From positions 154,054 through 218,053 of the forward strand of contig CAZHTP010000002.1 of the NCBI GenBank assembly GCA_964535655.1: 64,000 bases of DNA. The letters are read 5' to 3'. This stretch comes from an uncultured Gammaproteobacteria bacterium. Its GTDB lineage: Bacteria > Patescibacteriota > Microgenomatia > JALYQM01. Shown in pieces: positions 29,880-40,269 of this stretch. Under the pieces are notes generated by a model. The model was not told the origin of the DNA. It saw nothing but the letters and a program-made list of their open reading frames with translations, and made no database searches. Both the position numbers and the translations under genes were made by a program. Numbering within the stretch: the first letter of the stretch is position 1; each line of letters starts with the position of its first letter.

Positions 29880-30095
29880 GCAGATTACTCCTAATCTTAG
29901 GAACGGGAAGTAGTCCAACGAAGTCTCTTGTCGAATAAACATCTAACTCCGCCACTATGTACCGCCACCTAAACCTAGGGGGAAGGTAATTGGCCGCACA
30001 TTTTTAACCCAATTTATTGGGCTACTTTGTGTAGGTATTTTCTTCTACTTTTCTCAAAATATTGTTGATTGTGCTCCCTTTTCCCGTCCGCATTC

Positions 30096-30174
30096 CGTGA
30101 CGGATTGTAGCCCCGGTTGTCTACCTTGTATGCCTCACAGCATCAAGTAGCTACTGAGTCTACAATCCGTCACG
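30096..30174 (+). repeat. Structured hairpin upstream of the cassette C gene
   Basis: 15-bp perfect IR CGTGACGGATTGTAG/CTACAATCCGTCACG enclosing ATGCCTCACAGCAT. Confidence 0.85.
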
Positions 30175-30235
30175 CGAATAAGAAAGGTTGGCAAAGAGCC
30201 CACCATTCTCGTGGCGAGAAGTAGGAGACTATCAC

Positions 30236-30535
30236 ATGTCTATCAGTAAGCTCAGCTTGATCATCATCACTATGCTCGCCTTGACCATTACTCCGGCCCA
30301 CGCGGCCGAACAAAATGTCAACTCTAGCGTCGAGGTCTACCTCGAGTGTTGGGACGGCAACGGGTGTCTAGCAACCTTCCCAACCGGGAACGCGTGGAAC
30401 ATCTACCGCTGGTACGGACCAGAGCTAATCTCTGGCCCGGCCAGAATTACTCGCGACGTGTTTGTCATTCCTGGCTCTGTCCGGACATATAACGGCGATA
30501 CGGGATTTGCATACGCTGCTCCTCCTTCTTGGTAG
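30236..30535 (+). CDS. Small secreted protein (cassette C cargo)
   Basis: AGGAG SD; signal peptide ending PAHA; Cys pair; GC-rich codons. Confidence 0.7.
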   Translation: MSISKLSLIIITMLALTITPAHAAEQNVNSSVEVYLECWDGNGCLATFPTGNAWNIYRWYGPELISGPARITRDVFVIPGSVRTYNGDTGFAYAAPPSW

Positions 30536-30767
30536 AGAATTAGGCTGAGCGCCGGTAGCATGCTTCACAGCATGGCTGAGTTAACCGCATCGATTGATGT
30601 AGGAACTAAAAAACCGGCGCAAAGCCAAAAACAATCAAACAAAAAAAGAGAAAGAAAGGAGAAAAGAAAATAATGATAAAAAGAAAGAAAAGTTATTCAA
30701 GTCGCTTGAGACCTGAAATATACTTCCTATTTCCACTTACCATTCATTACAATTCCCATTCTGCCTC

Positions 30768-30827
30768 CCTGTTTATAGAGTTAAACAAATCTCTATCTGA
30801 AGATGACAAAACGAAGTCGAAAACAGG
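30768..30827 (+). ncRNA. Type III hammerhead ribozyme (HH-C)
   Basis: CCUGUU-U / AUAGAG-loop-CUCUAU / CUGAAGA-U / GAC-AAAACGAA-GUC / GAAA-ACAGG; predicted cut after 30774. Confidence 0.85.
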
Positions 30828-30900
30828 AAGTTAAAATTAAATACACACCACACGAGTTCTGGTAAATCATCTTAACTTAGTATACAATATCATAAAACTT

Positions 30901-30928
30901 ACATACGAATGCCCTCGTATGTTTTTTT
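30901..30928 (+). terminator. Intrinsic terminator closing cassette C
   Basis: ACATACGA-ATGCCC-TCGTATGT followed by a T run. Confidence 0.75.
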
Positions 30929-30965
30929 GCGCTTATAATGGGTAATTGCACAAGGAGTACACTAT

Positions 30966-31226
30966 ATGGCAGCAGAAAACGGATTCTTTTTAGATGAGTT
31001 ACCAGACGTTTCTGGATCAAATAATAAAGCTCAGCTTTCACCAAGAATGGTTCAACAGCAAATGCAGCTCGACCCTGCAGAACCTCAAACGGCAGCGGAG
31101 GAAAAGCTTGTAGATTTTCCGGATATTGATGGAGTTCCTGGTGGATTTAGTGGGCGTCGGCTCGGAACTTTAGGCGGCGGTTTAACAATCGGACCAATGG
31201 TACAACCTAAGCAGCGAGGCCGCTAA
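30966..31226 (+). CDS. Hypothetical protein
   Basis: AAGGAG SD; 86-aa ORF. Confidence 0.55.
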   Translation: MAAENGFFLDELPDVSGSNNKAQLSPRMVQQQMQLDPAEPQTAAEEKLVDFPDIDGVPGGFSGRRLGTLGGGLTIGPMVQPKQRGR

Positions 31227-31271
31227 CCCTCCATTGACTCTCGCTCAAAATAAAAATATAATACCGCCATT

Positions 31272-32687
31272 ATGGCACAACACAACCGCTACGCGAATAA
31301 TCCACAGACTAAGAAAACTGGACGCCCAGTGCGTATGTTTATGTTTGTACTATTTATCACCGTAGTTACACTCATCTACAATCTTCCAGCAATTAAAGTA
31401 AATAAAACAGTTTTTGGTAAAAAGATCGACACTATCGGTGGATACAATATTCTTGGTAAAAAAATGGAACTTAAAAAAGGTCTGGACTTGCAGGGTGGAG
31501 TGCAGTTAACTCTTCAGGCAGACATGGCTGGAATTAACGAGAAGGATCGCCAGCAGGCCCTCGACTCAGCACGAAATGTTATTGATCGCCGCGTAAACTT
31601 ATACGGAGTATCCGAACCAGTAATTCAATCTTCAAAATCAGGAAATGATTATCGAGTAATTGTCGAGCTTCCTGGAGTTACAGATATTAACGAAGCTTTA
31701 AATTTGGTAGGTAGAACCGCTAAACTGGAATTTCGCGAGCCCGACGAATCAACAGAAAGTGCTGTAAAAGCGCAGCAAGAAGCAACGGCTTCAGCAATGT
31801 TTCAAAATCTTGACGCTTCAATGGCAGCGCAGTTAAAAGAATATATCGCATCACAGCCACGCTACAAAGCGACAAAGTTAACTGGAAAAGAACTTAAAAA
31901 AGCCGCAGTCGCCTTTAACCAACAAAATGGTCAGCCAGAGGTTAGTATCGAGTTTAAAGACGAGGGTGCAAAATTGTTTGGCGATTTAACAACTAAATAT
32001 GTTGGTAAAACTATTGCAATTTACCTTGATGAAGATTTAGTAAGTGCCCCAACTGTGAATGTTCCTATTACCGATGGTCGCGCGGTTATCTCCGGTGGAT
32101 TCAGTGTGCCTCAAGCACAGCAGCTTGCTACACAGTTAAATGCAGGAGCGTTGCCAGTACCAATTCATGTCATTGAACAACGAACCGTAGGTGCGACACT
32201 CGGTAATCAGTCAGTTCAGAAAAGTATTGTTGCCGGTGCAATTGGAATCACACTTGTTGCCTTATTTATGCTGGTTTTGTACGGATTCCAGGGATTGCTA
32301 GCCGATTGTGCACTTATTCTTTACACCTTAATCTCACTTTTCTTATTCCGTTTCATTCCGGTAACACTGACACTAGCGGGGATTGCCGGATTCATACTTT
32401 CCATTGGGATGGCTCTTGATGCAAATATCCTAATCTTTGAACGTATGCGCGAAGAAATGCGCTGGGGACGAAGCAAAAAAGACGCATTACGCCTCGGCTT
32501 TGATCGCGCATGGTCTTCAATTCGCGATTCAAACGTTTCTTCCTTGATCACTTGTTTTATTCTCTACAGCTTTGGTACGGGTATTATTCGAGGATTTGCC
32601 TTAACACTCGCAATTGGTATTTTAGTATCGCTCTTTACCGCTATTACCGTATCACGCACTTTGTTACGAATGTTTATTAGGGACTAA
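31272..32687 (+). CDS. secD: Protein translocase subunit SecD
   Basis: GLDLQGG, RRVN.YGVSEP, LNAGALPVP, GMALDANILIFER, RGFALTL. Confidence 0.97.
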   Translation: MAQHNRYANNPQTKKTGRPVRMFMFVLFITVVTLIYNLPAIKVNKTVFGKKIDTIGGYNILGKKMELKKGLDLQGGVQLTLQADMAGINEKDRQQALDSARNVIDRRVNLYGVSEPVIQSSKSGNDYRVIVELPGVTDINEALNLVGRTAKLEFREPDESTESAVKAQQEATASAMFQNLDASMAAQLKEYIASQPRYKATKLTGKELKKAAVAFNQQNGQPEVSIEFKDEGAKLFGDLTTKYVGKTIAIYLDEDLVSAPTVNVPITDGRAVISGGFSVPQAQQLATQLNAGALPVPIHVIEQRTVGATLGNQSVQKSIVAGAIGITLVALFMLVLYGFQGLLADCALILYTLISLFLFRFIPVTLTLAGIAGFILSIGMALDANILIFERMREEMRWGRSKKDALRLGFDRAWSSIRDSNVSSLITCFILYSFGTGIIRGFALTLAIGILVSLFTAITVSRTLLRMFIRD

Positions 32688-32690
32688 TTT

Positions 32691-33593
32691 ATGAACTTTG
32701 TTAAACACAAGAATATCTTTTTTATCATTTCCGGAGTACTTATTTTGCCGGGGCTCATTTCGCTGTTAACAAAAGGGCTTAAGCCAGGAATCGATTTTAC
32801 CGGCGGAACACTAATGGAAATCAAAAGTAATAAGTTTAACGACTCTAAGAAAAATGAGATCGAAGATTTAATTAAAAAACAGGGGATTGAAGTTTCTTCA
32901 ATTCAACAATCAGGAAATAATTCATACATTATTAGATCCAAAGAATTCAACCAGGCAAAAAACAACCAAGTCATGGCTGAATTAAATAAAAAATATGAAA
33001 AGGTAGAAGAGTCTCGATTCGAGACGGTTGGTCCAACTATCGGTGCAGAGTTAACCCGTAATGCTATTTTAGCTTTAATTGTCTCGTCAACTTTCATTGT
33101 GCTTTATATTGCCTGGAGCTTCCGTACTGTTCCTAAGCCGGCATCAAGTTTAAGATTTGGTATAACAGCCGTTGCTGCGCTACTACACGATGCGTTCTTT
33201 ATCTTGGGGATATTTTCTATACTAGGTTTTACACTTAATGTTGAAGTCGATTCATTGTTTGTTACTGCCTTGTTAACGGTTATCGGATTCTCAGTGCACG
33301 ACACAATCGTTGTTTACGATCGTATTCGCGAGAATCTGATTAAAGCCAAAGCCCCAACGTTTGATGATACTGTTAATCTTTCAATCTGGGAAACAATGGC
33401 CCGGTCCATTAATACTTCGACAACCGTTATCATCGTACTTTTGGCGTTGTTATTATTCGGTGGTGAATCAATCCGCTGGTTTGTATTTGCTTTGCTGATC
33501 GGAATTATCTCAGGAACATACTCTTCAATTTTCAATGCAGCACAGCTGCTCGTTTTATGGCAGGACTATTCGGATAAGAAGAAACAAAAATGA
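32691..33593 (+). CDS. secF: Protein translocase subunit SecF
   Basis: GIDFTGGT, VGPTIG.EL, GFSVHDTIVVYDRIREN, RSINTS, GTYSSIF. Confidence 0.97.
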   Translation: MNFVKHKNIFFIISGVLILPGLISLLTKGLKPGIDFTGGTLMEIKSNKFNDSKKNEIEDLIKKQGIEVSSIQQSGNNSYIIRSKEFNQAKNNQVMAELNKKYEKVEESRFETVGPTIGAELTRNAILALIVSSTFIVLYIAWSFRTVPKPASSLRFGITAVAALLHDAFFILGIFSILGFTLNVEVDSLFVTALLTVIGFSVHDTIVVYDRIRENLIKAKAPTFDDTVNLSIWETMARSINTSTTVIIVLLALLLFGGESIRWFVFALLIGIISGTYSSIFNAAQLLVLWQDYSDKKKQK

Positions 33594-33605
33594 TATAATT
33601 TAATC

Positions 33606-34124
33606 ATGAGTCTATCGGTTGTTACTCCTGAATCTAAAGTTCATGATGTTATAAACCATTACCGTGATATTCTAAAAACCCAGAATATTGAGCTAGATCA
33701 TATCGAGTATGATCGTCCCTGGGGTGGGGAAATTTGGGTAAAAAATGAATTTTCAGTACCTTTTCAGGATATCTATTTTGCCGATACTCAGTATTTTGAT
33801 AAAAACCTCCAAGGGCCACCAACGCCTAAATTGCTTATTGTCACCCCTGGCGGCCGTCTTTCCTGGCAATATCACCGCCGTCGCCAGGAGATTTGGAGAG
33901 TAGTACTTGGACCGATAGGTGTGATCCGCAATAATTCGGATTATATGCCTGATATCGAAGTGTTTACAACTGACAGTCTCGTAGAAATTGGTAAAGAAAT
34001 TCGGCACCGATTAGTAGGCTTGGATAACTGGGGTGTTGTTGCAGAATTATGGAAACACAATGATCCCGCCAATGTTTCAAATGAAGATGATATTATTAGA
34101 ATCAAAGACGATTATGGTCGATAG
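33606..34124 (+). CDS. Cupin, mannose-6-phosphate isomerase type II C-terminal-like
   Basis: RPWGG, RLSWQYHRRRQEIW, HRL, EDDIIRIKDDYGR; next to PMM. Confidence 0.8.
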   Translation: MSLSVVTPESKVHDVINHYRDILKTQNIELDHIEYDRPWGGEIWVKNEFSVPFQDIYFADTQYFDKNLQGPPTPKLLIVTPGGRLSWQYHRRRQEIWRVVLGPIGVIRNNSDYMPDIEVFTTDSLVEIGKEIRHRLVGLDNWGVVAELWKHNDPANVSNEDDIIRIKDDYGR

Positions 34125-34135
34125 AAAGGAACAGT

Positions 34136-35488
34136 ATGCAAGTCGAACCAAGCATTTTTAAAGCATATGATATTCGTGGCATTTATGGTCAAACGTTAAA
34201 TGAAGAAGTAGCACGAGCAGTAGGTAAAGCCTTTCCCAAGGTTGTACCCGCTACAAAAGTTGTAGTAGGTCGCGATGCACGCGTTTCAAGCCAATCCCTT
34301 CACAATGCCTTAATTGAAGGCCTCACATTAGTTGGAATATCGGTTGTTGACGTCGGTATGGTTTCGACCGACATGTATTACTATGCCTGCTCTACCCAAA
34401 ACTTACCGGGTATTATGGTCACCGCCAGTCATAATCCAAAAGAATACAATGGATTTAAAATGGTGCGCAAAATCCCGTATCTGTTGTCGGGTGACGAAGG
34501 AATTCAAGATATCCGAAAGTTCATTGAAGCAGATGATTTTCCTCCTGAAGCTAGCACCGGCACGGTGGAACAAATCGACATCATGGAAGATTTTGTCACC
34601 AAAATTCTCTCTCTGGTACCAACCTCAGAAATAAAAAAATACAAGATTTTAGCCGATACCGCAAATGGAATGGTGGGTCCATCTCTGGTAGAAATTTTCA
34701 AGCAAATTCCTCAAATTGAATTAGTTCCAATGTATTTTGAACCGGATGGAAATTTCCCTAATCATGGTGGAGATCCGTTACAGGAGCAAAATCGTAAAGA
34801 ATTACAAGATCGTGTCGTCTCTGAGCAAGCAGACCTTGGCTTTGCTTTTGACCCTGATGGCGATCGTTTCTTTTGTATTGACAAAAAGGGACGGTTTATC
34901 TCTGGGGATTTTATGACCGCAATTTTGTCATCATACTTCTTGCAAAAATATCCGCGCTCCATCGTTGTCTATGATATTCGTGCCTCTAAAGCAGTCCCGG
35001 ATACGGTCGAAAAATATGGAGGCAAAGCGCTCTACAATCGCGTTGGACACGCCTACATCAAGAAGCGAATGAACGATGAAAATGCGGTCTTTGGTGGGGA
35101 AGTAACCGGACACTATTATTTCAAGGATTTCTTTGGCTGTGACTCTGGGGTTGCACCGATGCTCTTTTTACTTGATCTACTCTCACATTCTGAATTATCA
35201 CTCGATCAATTAGTAGATCAATACGAAGAAAAGTATTTTATCTCCGGTGAAATTAATAATAAAGTACCTGATGTTAAAGCAGTACTCACAAAGCTAGAAG
35301 AGCAATATGGTTCTCAGGCTGCTGAAGTAATTAAGATTGATGGTATAACATGCGAATACGGCGATTGGAGATTTAATGTTCGTGGTTCAAATACTGAACC
35401 ATTAATCCGTCTGAATCTTGAAGCAAAGACAAAAGAGAAGATGGAAGAAAAACGCGATATGATATTAAAAGTTATTAAAGGAGAGTAA
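34136..35488 (+). CDS. Phosphomannomutase/phosphoglucomutase
   Basis: FKAYDIRG, TASHNP, FDPDGDR, GGEVTGH, RGSNTEP. Confidence 0.95.
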   Translation: MQVEPSIFKAYDIRGIYGQTLNEEVARAVGKAFPKVVPATKVVVGRDARVSSQSLHNALIEGLTLVGISVVDVGMVSTDMYYYACSTQNLPGIMVTASHNPKEYNGFKMVRKIPYLLSGDEGIQDIRKFIEADDFPPEASTGTVEQIDIMEDFVTKILSLVPTSEIKKYKILADTANGMVGPSLVEIFKQIPQIELVPMYFEPDGNFPNHGGDPLQEQNRKELQDRVVSEQADLGFAFDPDGDRFFCIDKKGRFISGDFMTAILSSYFLQKYPRSIVVYDIRASKAVPDTVEKYGGKALYNRVGHAYIKKRMNDENAVFGGEVTGHYYFKDFFGCDSGVAPMLFLLDLLSHSELSLDQLVDQYEEKYFISGEINNKVPDVKAVLTKLEEQYGSQAAEVIKIDGITCEYGDWRFNVRGSNTEPLIRLNLEAKTKEKMEEKRDMILKVIKGE

Positions 35489-35489
35489 T

Positions 35490-35921
35490 ATGGGCGAAAC
35501 TGAATCCTTATTATCAACGGTAGGTCACGAGGCTGATGAACCAGCATCGATAAATATTGATGACCCCGAATTTATGGACTCATCAAGAAAAGATAGTTCG
35601 GGATGGTATCGAATTGGCGAGGAAGTGGGCGGCAGAGTAGTGAAGTTTCTCGAATCAGCCAACAAAAAAAAACTAACACATATTGATCGAGGATATTTTA
35701 GCGATGCTGGACAAGTTTCAAAGTTTGCTAGTGACGGTGATAATGGTGCCAACATTGAAGTAACAACCTTAAGGAATCATGATGGTTCTGTAGTTAAAGC
35801 AAAACTAACTTTAAGAGAACAACGATCCCAGGGATATCTTCCTGAAGTATTTTTAACAGGCGAGGCATTAGCTTGGTTCAAGGATTTTGTAAACAATCAG
35901 GGTGAAGAAGACAAAAACTAA
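35490..35921 (+). CDS. Hypothetical protein
   Basis: Coupled to PMM with AGGAG SD. Confidence 0.55.
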   Translation: MGETESLLSTVGHEADEPASINIDDPEFMDSSRKDSSGWYRIGEEVGGRVVKFLESANKKKLTHIDRGYFSDAGQVSKFASDGDNGANIEVTTLRNHDGSVVKAKLTLREQRSQGYLPEVFLTGEALAWFKDFVNNQGEEDKN

Positions 35922-36406
35922 CTACTAAGTCTAAAAAATCCCACAAGTCTAAGGGAGGCATCATCAACAATGAATGCTTTCCCTAGATACGTATTGCCAC
36001 CCACCCAAACAATTTCATCAACTACTTTTCGCACAGATAAAGGATTTTCTTTCAAGTCATATGAAAGCTGAATCACTTTATTTTCAGACTGCAGTCCCTT
36101 TGTAACTGAAAAAGTAAACGGAAAGGCATGGAATCCGCCGTATTCCGTATTTCCGACTAAATATCCAGATTGGCGCAAAGATAAAATTAACTTCGCTGAA
36201 TGCGCGAGTATATTATCGCCACGACTTTCTTCACGAACAAAATATTTACCTCTCCACGGAAGCCAAAATTTCGATACAAAATCACCAATTTTCTCTACTG
36301 TATAAACAGGAAGTAACATTACCAGTTCGCCACGCAAAAAACCTTCTGGTATTTTTTCTACCTTGCCAATAGTGAACTGATTTTCTAATTCTTCAATAGT
36401 AACCAT
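35918..36406 (-). CDS. Hypothetical protein
   Basis: 162-aa ORF; PWRGK.F, LSYD...NP, VDEI, YLGK pattern of a conserved uncharacterised domain. Confidence 0.6.
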   Translation of the reverse strand: MVTIEELENQFTIGKVEKIPEGFLRGELVMLLPVYTVEKIGDFVSKFWLPWRGKYFVREESRGDNILAHSAKLILSLRQSGYLVGNTEYGGFHAFPFTFSVTKGLQSENKVIQLSYDLKENPLSVRKVVDEIVWVGGNTYLGKAFIVDDASLRLVGFFRLSS

Positions 36407-36421
36407 AGTAAAATACTATCG

Positions 36422-36667
36422 TTATTCTTCAGTCTCGTCTATAACATCCTGAGAAACCATAGCAGGTGTACCTTTTTTATACATTTCACCAACAAGCCAC
36501 AAAACTGCTTCTTTTTTGTATCGGCGATCACCTCGCTGGTTTATACGAATTGCTTGTAGCTTGCCACGCTTTCCCCACCGTTTAAGCGTAATTTTTGAAA
36601 CCCGCAAAAAATCTGCCACTTCTTGAATTGTCATTAATTCTGGTAAATCATCACCAATTGATGCCAT
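36422..36667 (-). CDS. MerR/excisionase-like HTH protein
   Basis: LMTIQEVADFLRVSKITLKRW...GKL...R...GDRRY; GAGGAG SD. Confidence 0.85.
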   Translation of the reverse strand: MASIGDDLPELMTIQEVADFLRVSKITLKRWGKRGKLQAIRINQRGDRRYKKEAVLWLVGEMYKKGTPAMVSQDVIDETEE

Positions 36668-36782
36668 TGTCTAACTCCTCACAAATAAATATATCAAAGG
36701 TAATCAGAAAGTATCAAAACCCAAGGTACACTGCAAGGGGCAATTGACCCTTTAATTGATTAGGGTTTTATTCGGAGAAAAT

Positions 36783-37210
36783 ATGAACGGAGCAGATTAC
36801 AAAAAAGCCATTGAAGCAGCAGAAATAAAGAAATATTCTATACCGAAGAGCTGCCCATTGAAGTAGAATTTTCTAATTCAGAAAGAAAATCTGCTGAAGA
36901 CGAGTTAAGAAAGATTGAAGAATATTCGCAAAACATACAGTCAAAATTAAAAACAACTAATTCAGAAGTTGAAATTCGTTTAAAAGGGCTGCAAGCATAT
37001 TATGTCATGCGCGATCGCTGGTCGTGGATTCTCGCAACACTCTTAGTCGTTTCAATTATCTTCCATTTCACTCTTGTGCTAATTGTAGGAAAAAATTGGC
37101 TGGATTTTAGCAAAAATAAAGATTTCTTGCTTTTAGTAACAGGTGAAAACTTTGTGCAGATTATTGGTTTATGTGTGATAATTGTTAATTTCTTATTTCC
37201 AAAGAGCTAA
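36783..37210 (+). pseudogene. Frameshifted coiled-coil + 2TM protein
   Basis: GGAG-ATG at 36783; frame change near 36840 leads into the open frame that continues as ORF 37007..37210. Confidence 0.5.
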
Positions 37211-37217
37211 TAAAACA

Positions 37218-37252
37218 AAAAAGAACCGGGTTTAAATCCGGCTCTTAATTTA
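37218..37252. terminator. Hairpin between convergent genes
   Basis: AAGAACCGGG-loop-TCCGGCTCTT with A run on the left (U tail for rplL). Confidence 0.6.
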
Positions 37253-37274
37253 AATTCTTCGACAAATCGTAGAA

Positions 37275-37670
37275 TTACTTCAATTCAACTGTAGCACCTG
37301 CTTCAACGAGCTTCTTCTTTGCTTCTTCAGCTTTTTCTTTGTTTACGCCTTCAAGTACAGCTTTTGGAGCTGACTCTACAACACCCTTAGCTTCAGCAAG
37401 TCCGAGTGAAGGAACGAGTTCGCGAACAGCTTTGATAACAGCGATTTTGTTAGCACCAGCGCCTGTTAAGACAACATTGAATTCTGTCTTCTCTTCAGCT
37501 GGAGCTGCATCACCAGCAGCGGCTGGAGCTGCGCCTGCCATCATCATAGGAGCTGAAGCCGAAACTCCAAACTTCTCTTCAAGTGCATGTACTAAATCAG
37601 CGAGTTCAAGAACTGAAAGCTCTTCAACGGCTGCGATAACCTTTTCAACTTTTGCAGATACGTCTGCCAT
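37275..37670 (-). CDS. rplL: 50S ribosomal protein L7/L12
   Basis: [41 protein letters not shown]. Confidence 0.98.
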   Translation of the reverse strand: MADVSAKVEKVIAAVEELSVLELADLVHALEEKFGVSASAPMMMAGAAPAAAGDAAPAEEKTEFNVVLTGAGANKIAVIKAVRELVPSLGLAEAKGVVESAPKAVLEGVNKEKAEEAKKKLVEAGATVELK

Positions 37671-37732
37671 AAAAATATTCTCCAAATAATTATTAATCAA
37701 ATCTCGGCGCGAATCTGAATTCGCGACGAAAA

Positions 37733-38284
37733 TTAAGCTTGAGCAGCTTTCTGTTTCTGCACTTCATTAAGTGCATAAACTAAGTTTCGGATGTTGCCAT
37801 TCAAAACGCTTACAAAACCTGTAAGAGGTGCAACGAGCGCGCCGACAACCTGTCCGCGTAATTCCTGTTTGCCAGGAAGTTTACTCAATGCTTTAACACG
37901 ATCTCCCGATAATACATTCATTTCAAGAATACCTGATTTGATTGTAGGAAGATCATTTGAAGTTGTTGCAAACTTAGTGAGCACCTTCAAAGGCCCGACT
38001 TCATCTTCGTAGGAGAAGAGAACCGCTGTTGGTCCAGCAAATGTTTCAGGAGTAACGTCAGTCATTCCTGCTTCGTTTAAAGCGCGTGCAAAGATTGTAT
38101 TCTTTGTAACGCTAAATTCGCCGGTTTCACCAAGCGTTGCACGAAGTTCAGAGAGCTTAGTCATGCTCAGACCACGATAATCGGTAACGACCATCGACTT
38201 TGCGCGACTAATTTTCTCTTTAATTTCTGCCAAAGTAACTTCTTTCTTTGGCTTTTGCGACTTTTTATTCGCCACTTTTGCCAT
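37733..38284 (-). CDS. rplJ: 50S ribosomal protein L10
   Basis: DYRGL, VTKNT, GPTAV, LSKLPGK.EL; upstream of rplL. Confidence 0.97.
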   Translation of the reverse strand: MAKVANKKSQKPKKEVTLAEIKEKISRAKSMVVTDYRGLSMTKLSELRATLGETGEFSVTKNTIFARALNEAGMTDVTPETFAGPTAVLFSYEDEVGPLKVLTKFATTSNDLPTIKSGILEMNVLSGDRVKALSKLPGKQELRGQVVGALVAPLTGFVSVLNGNIRNLVYALNEVQKQKAAQA

Positions 38285-38324
38285 AGTATGTATTCACCTC
38301 ACTCCCTCTATGAATTAACCTATA

Positions 38325-38467
38325 AATACTAAAAAACGCCTCCTAAAGAGACGTTAACGAGACAAATTCAGAGGATAAATAACCTAAAAAAGGAGATTTA
38401 CCAGATTTTGAGCCTCGGTAGTCGACTTACATCATTAAGTCCCGAAGGGACGACTACTGTCTTTAGC
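38325..38467 (-). promoter_or_regulatory. L10 leader with attenuator-like hairpin
   Basis: Minus strand AAGACAGTAG...TTAA...CTACCGAGG, then AACGTCTC-TTTAG-GAGGCGTT-TTTT before rplJ. Confidence 0.8.
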
Positions 38468-38503
38468 CTCATCATTATACCGGATGTTAGATAGAAAAGT
38501 CAA

Positions 38504-39127
38504 TTAACGACTATTAGTTTGCCTTAATCTACGTTGAACCCATCCAAACTTTCTTTCCCCGGTTTCCTGAGCATGTTCTTCAGCTTCAAAATACACACCT
38601 GCAACGAGTACATGCCCTCGAGAGAGGCTAATCGGGGTGGGGAGTAACATCTGGACTCGAGGAACCTGGCCTTTATTCTGAATTTCCGATTTTACAAACC
38701 AATCCTTACCAACCGGTGCACCTAAATCTCGATGGCTTCCGAGGAATCGAGAAACTTCACCCACTAGATTTTGAGTTACAGTAGACCTGTCCTTGCGCTT
38801 AAGTCGCACTACTTGATTGGCATCTTCCAGAGATTCGATCTCCGGAGGGGATACATCCTCAATCGAGTACGTACCTTCTCCAGTCGCAGAAATATGTAAC
38901 CATAAGGCTCGAGGGCTTACCCATCTGGACATGTCCTCATTCCAATAGCGTTGATCATATTTGCCTGGAGGGATAACCAGTTCCAGCCCTCGTTCGTCCG
39001 GTACTATTACCTGGCGCATTCGCAACCCTGCAGTTTGGAGAACAAGTGGTACAACAACGGCATAATCTTGACTCCCCGGCAAACGGTCAACTAATTTGAG
39101 ATCTCCCCGACGAGGTTGTTCAAGCAT
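38504..39127 (-). CDS. Hypothetical protein
   Basis: AAGGAG SD before MLEQ; no motif recognised. Confidence 0.55.
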   Translation of the reverse strand: MLEQPRRGDLKLVDRLPGSQDYAVVVPLVLQTAGLRMRQVIVPDERGLELVIPPGKYDQRYWNEDMSRWVSPRALWLHISATGEGTYSIEDVSPPEIESLEDANQVVRLKRKDRSTVTQNLVGEVSRFLGSHRDLGAPVGKDWFVKSEIQNKGQVPRVQMLLPTPISLSRGHVLVAGVYFEAEEHAQETGERKFGWVQRRLRQTNSR

Positions 39128-39204
39128 AAAATATTCTCCTTGGCCGAATAATACACCCACAAACTTAAATTGACTATAATCTAAATAGAGGCTAATATAC
39201 ATTC

Positions 39205-40227
39205 ATGAAACAAATCTTCGTAAAAGACCTTAAGCCGGGAACGGCACTTTCCAATATTCCTTTTGTTGTCATTAAACTAGAAAAGAAAATAACCAAAACC
39301 GGTAAAGACTATATGGATATTACCGTTGGCGATAAGTCGGGGAGTATTGTCGGAAAAATCTGGAGCGATAAATATGATGCGTGCTCGGTAGATAAACTCA
39401 AAGAAGGAAGCATCGTATTACTAACCGGCTCTGCTGGTGAATTCATGGGCAAAGTTCAAATGACCGTTACGATGGCAACTGTTGCCGATCAGTATGACGA
39501 AGAAGATTTTGTACCAGTTACTAAAAAAAACGTCGATGATTTAGTGGCATATATTAATCAACAAATAGACTCTCTTTCTGATCGTCATTTGCGAAAATTA
39601 TTGAAAAATATATTTGCGGATCAGAAATTCGTTGCGGTTTTAAGAAAAACTCCGGCTGCCATGAAAATGCATCATGCGTATTCTGGAGGACTGCTTGAGC
39701 ACGTATGTGAAATGCTGCAGTTCGCGTCACCAATGTACGAGGTATATCAGCCGTGCAACACTGATCTCGTGAAAGCGGGTATTATCCTTCATGACATAGG
39801 TAAAACTGAGGAAATAATATGGCGCAACATGTCTATTGAATACTCAGATCGGGGTAAACTTTTGGGACATATACAAATAGGTTTACAAATAATTGATCGA
39901 TACAAGCAACCGGATTTTGATGGTGAGTGCTTACAACTTTTACAACACATTGTTCTAGCCCACCATGGAAAACTTGAATATGGAGCCGTAGTCGTACCTG
40001 CAACAATCGAAGCTAAGATTGTCTCATTAGCCGACGATGCGTCCGCCAAATTGCGTGGGTACATGACGCTATACGAAGATGGAGCAAATAATGGGGCAAG
40101 TTTCTCTGACTATAGTAAGTCCTTAGAGACAATGGTCTATGTACGGAATTATCAGTCGGCTCTTGAACAGTTTATCGAAAAGGCAGAAGAGACGAATCAA
40201 AAATTGGAGCAATTAGAATTACTCTAA
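39205..40227 (+). CDS. yhaM: YhaM-like 3'-5' exoribonuclease (OB fold + HD)
   Basis: OB fold (GDKSG...KIW), PAA...HHAY.GGLLEH, LHDIGK, GHI, HHG..EYG. Confidence 0.85.
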   Translation: MKQIFVKDLKPGTALSNIPFVVIKLEKKITKTGKDYMDITVGDKSGSIVGKIWSDKYDACSVDKLKEGSIVLLTGSAGEFMGKVQMTVTMATVADQYDEEDFVPVTKKNVDDLVAYINQQIDSLSDRHLRKLLKNIFADQKFVAVLRKTPAAMKMHHAYSGGLLEHVCEMLQFASPMYEVYQPCNTDLVKAGIILHDIGKTEEIIWRNMSIEYSDRGKLLGHIQIGLQIIDRYKQPDFDGECLQLLQHIVLAHHGKLEYGAVVVPATIEAKIVSLADDASAKLRGYMTLYEDGANNGASFSDYSKSLETMVYVRNYQSALEQFIEKAEETNQKLEQLELL

Positions 40228-40269
40228 GCCATTTACAATAAAGTAAGAATAACTCAAACTAATAGAAGC

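Noticed and set aside
29941-29995. Twister-like start CTAACTCCGCC...GGGGGAAGG in the cassette C leader
   Set aside because: No P4 stem with the GUCCNAAGC-type loop or both pseudoknots could be drawn
30096-30620. HEARO/omegaRNA or IS200/IS605 end assignment for the twin hairpins
   Set aside because: No tnpA, tnpB or iscB nearby and no recognisable end motifs
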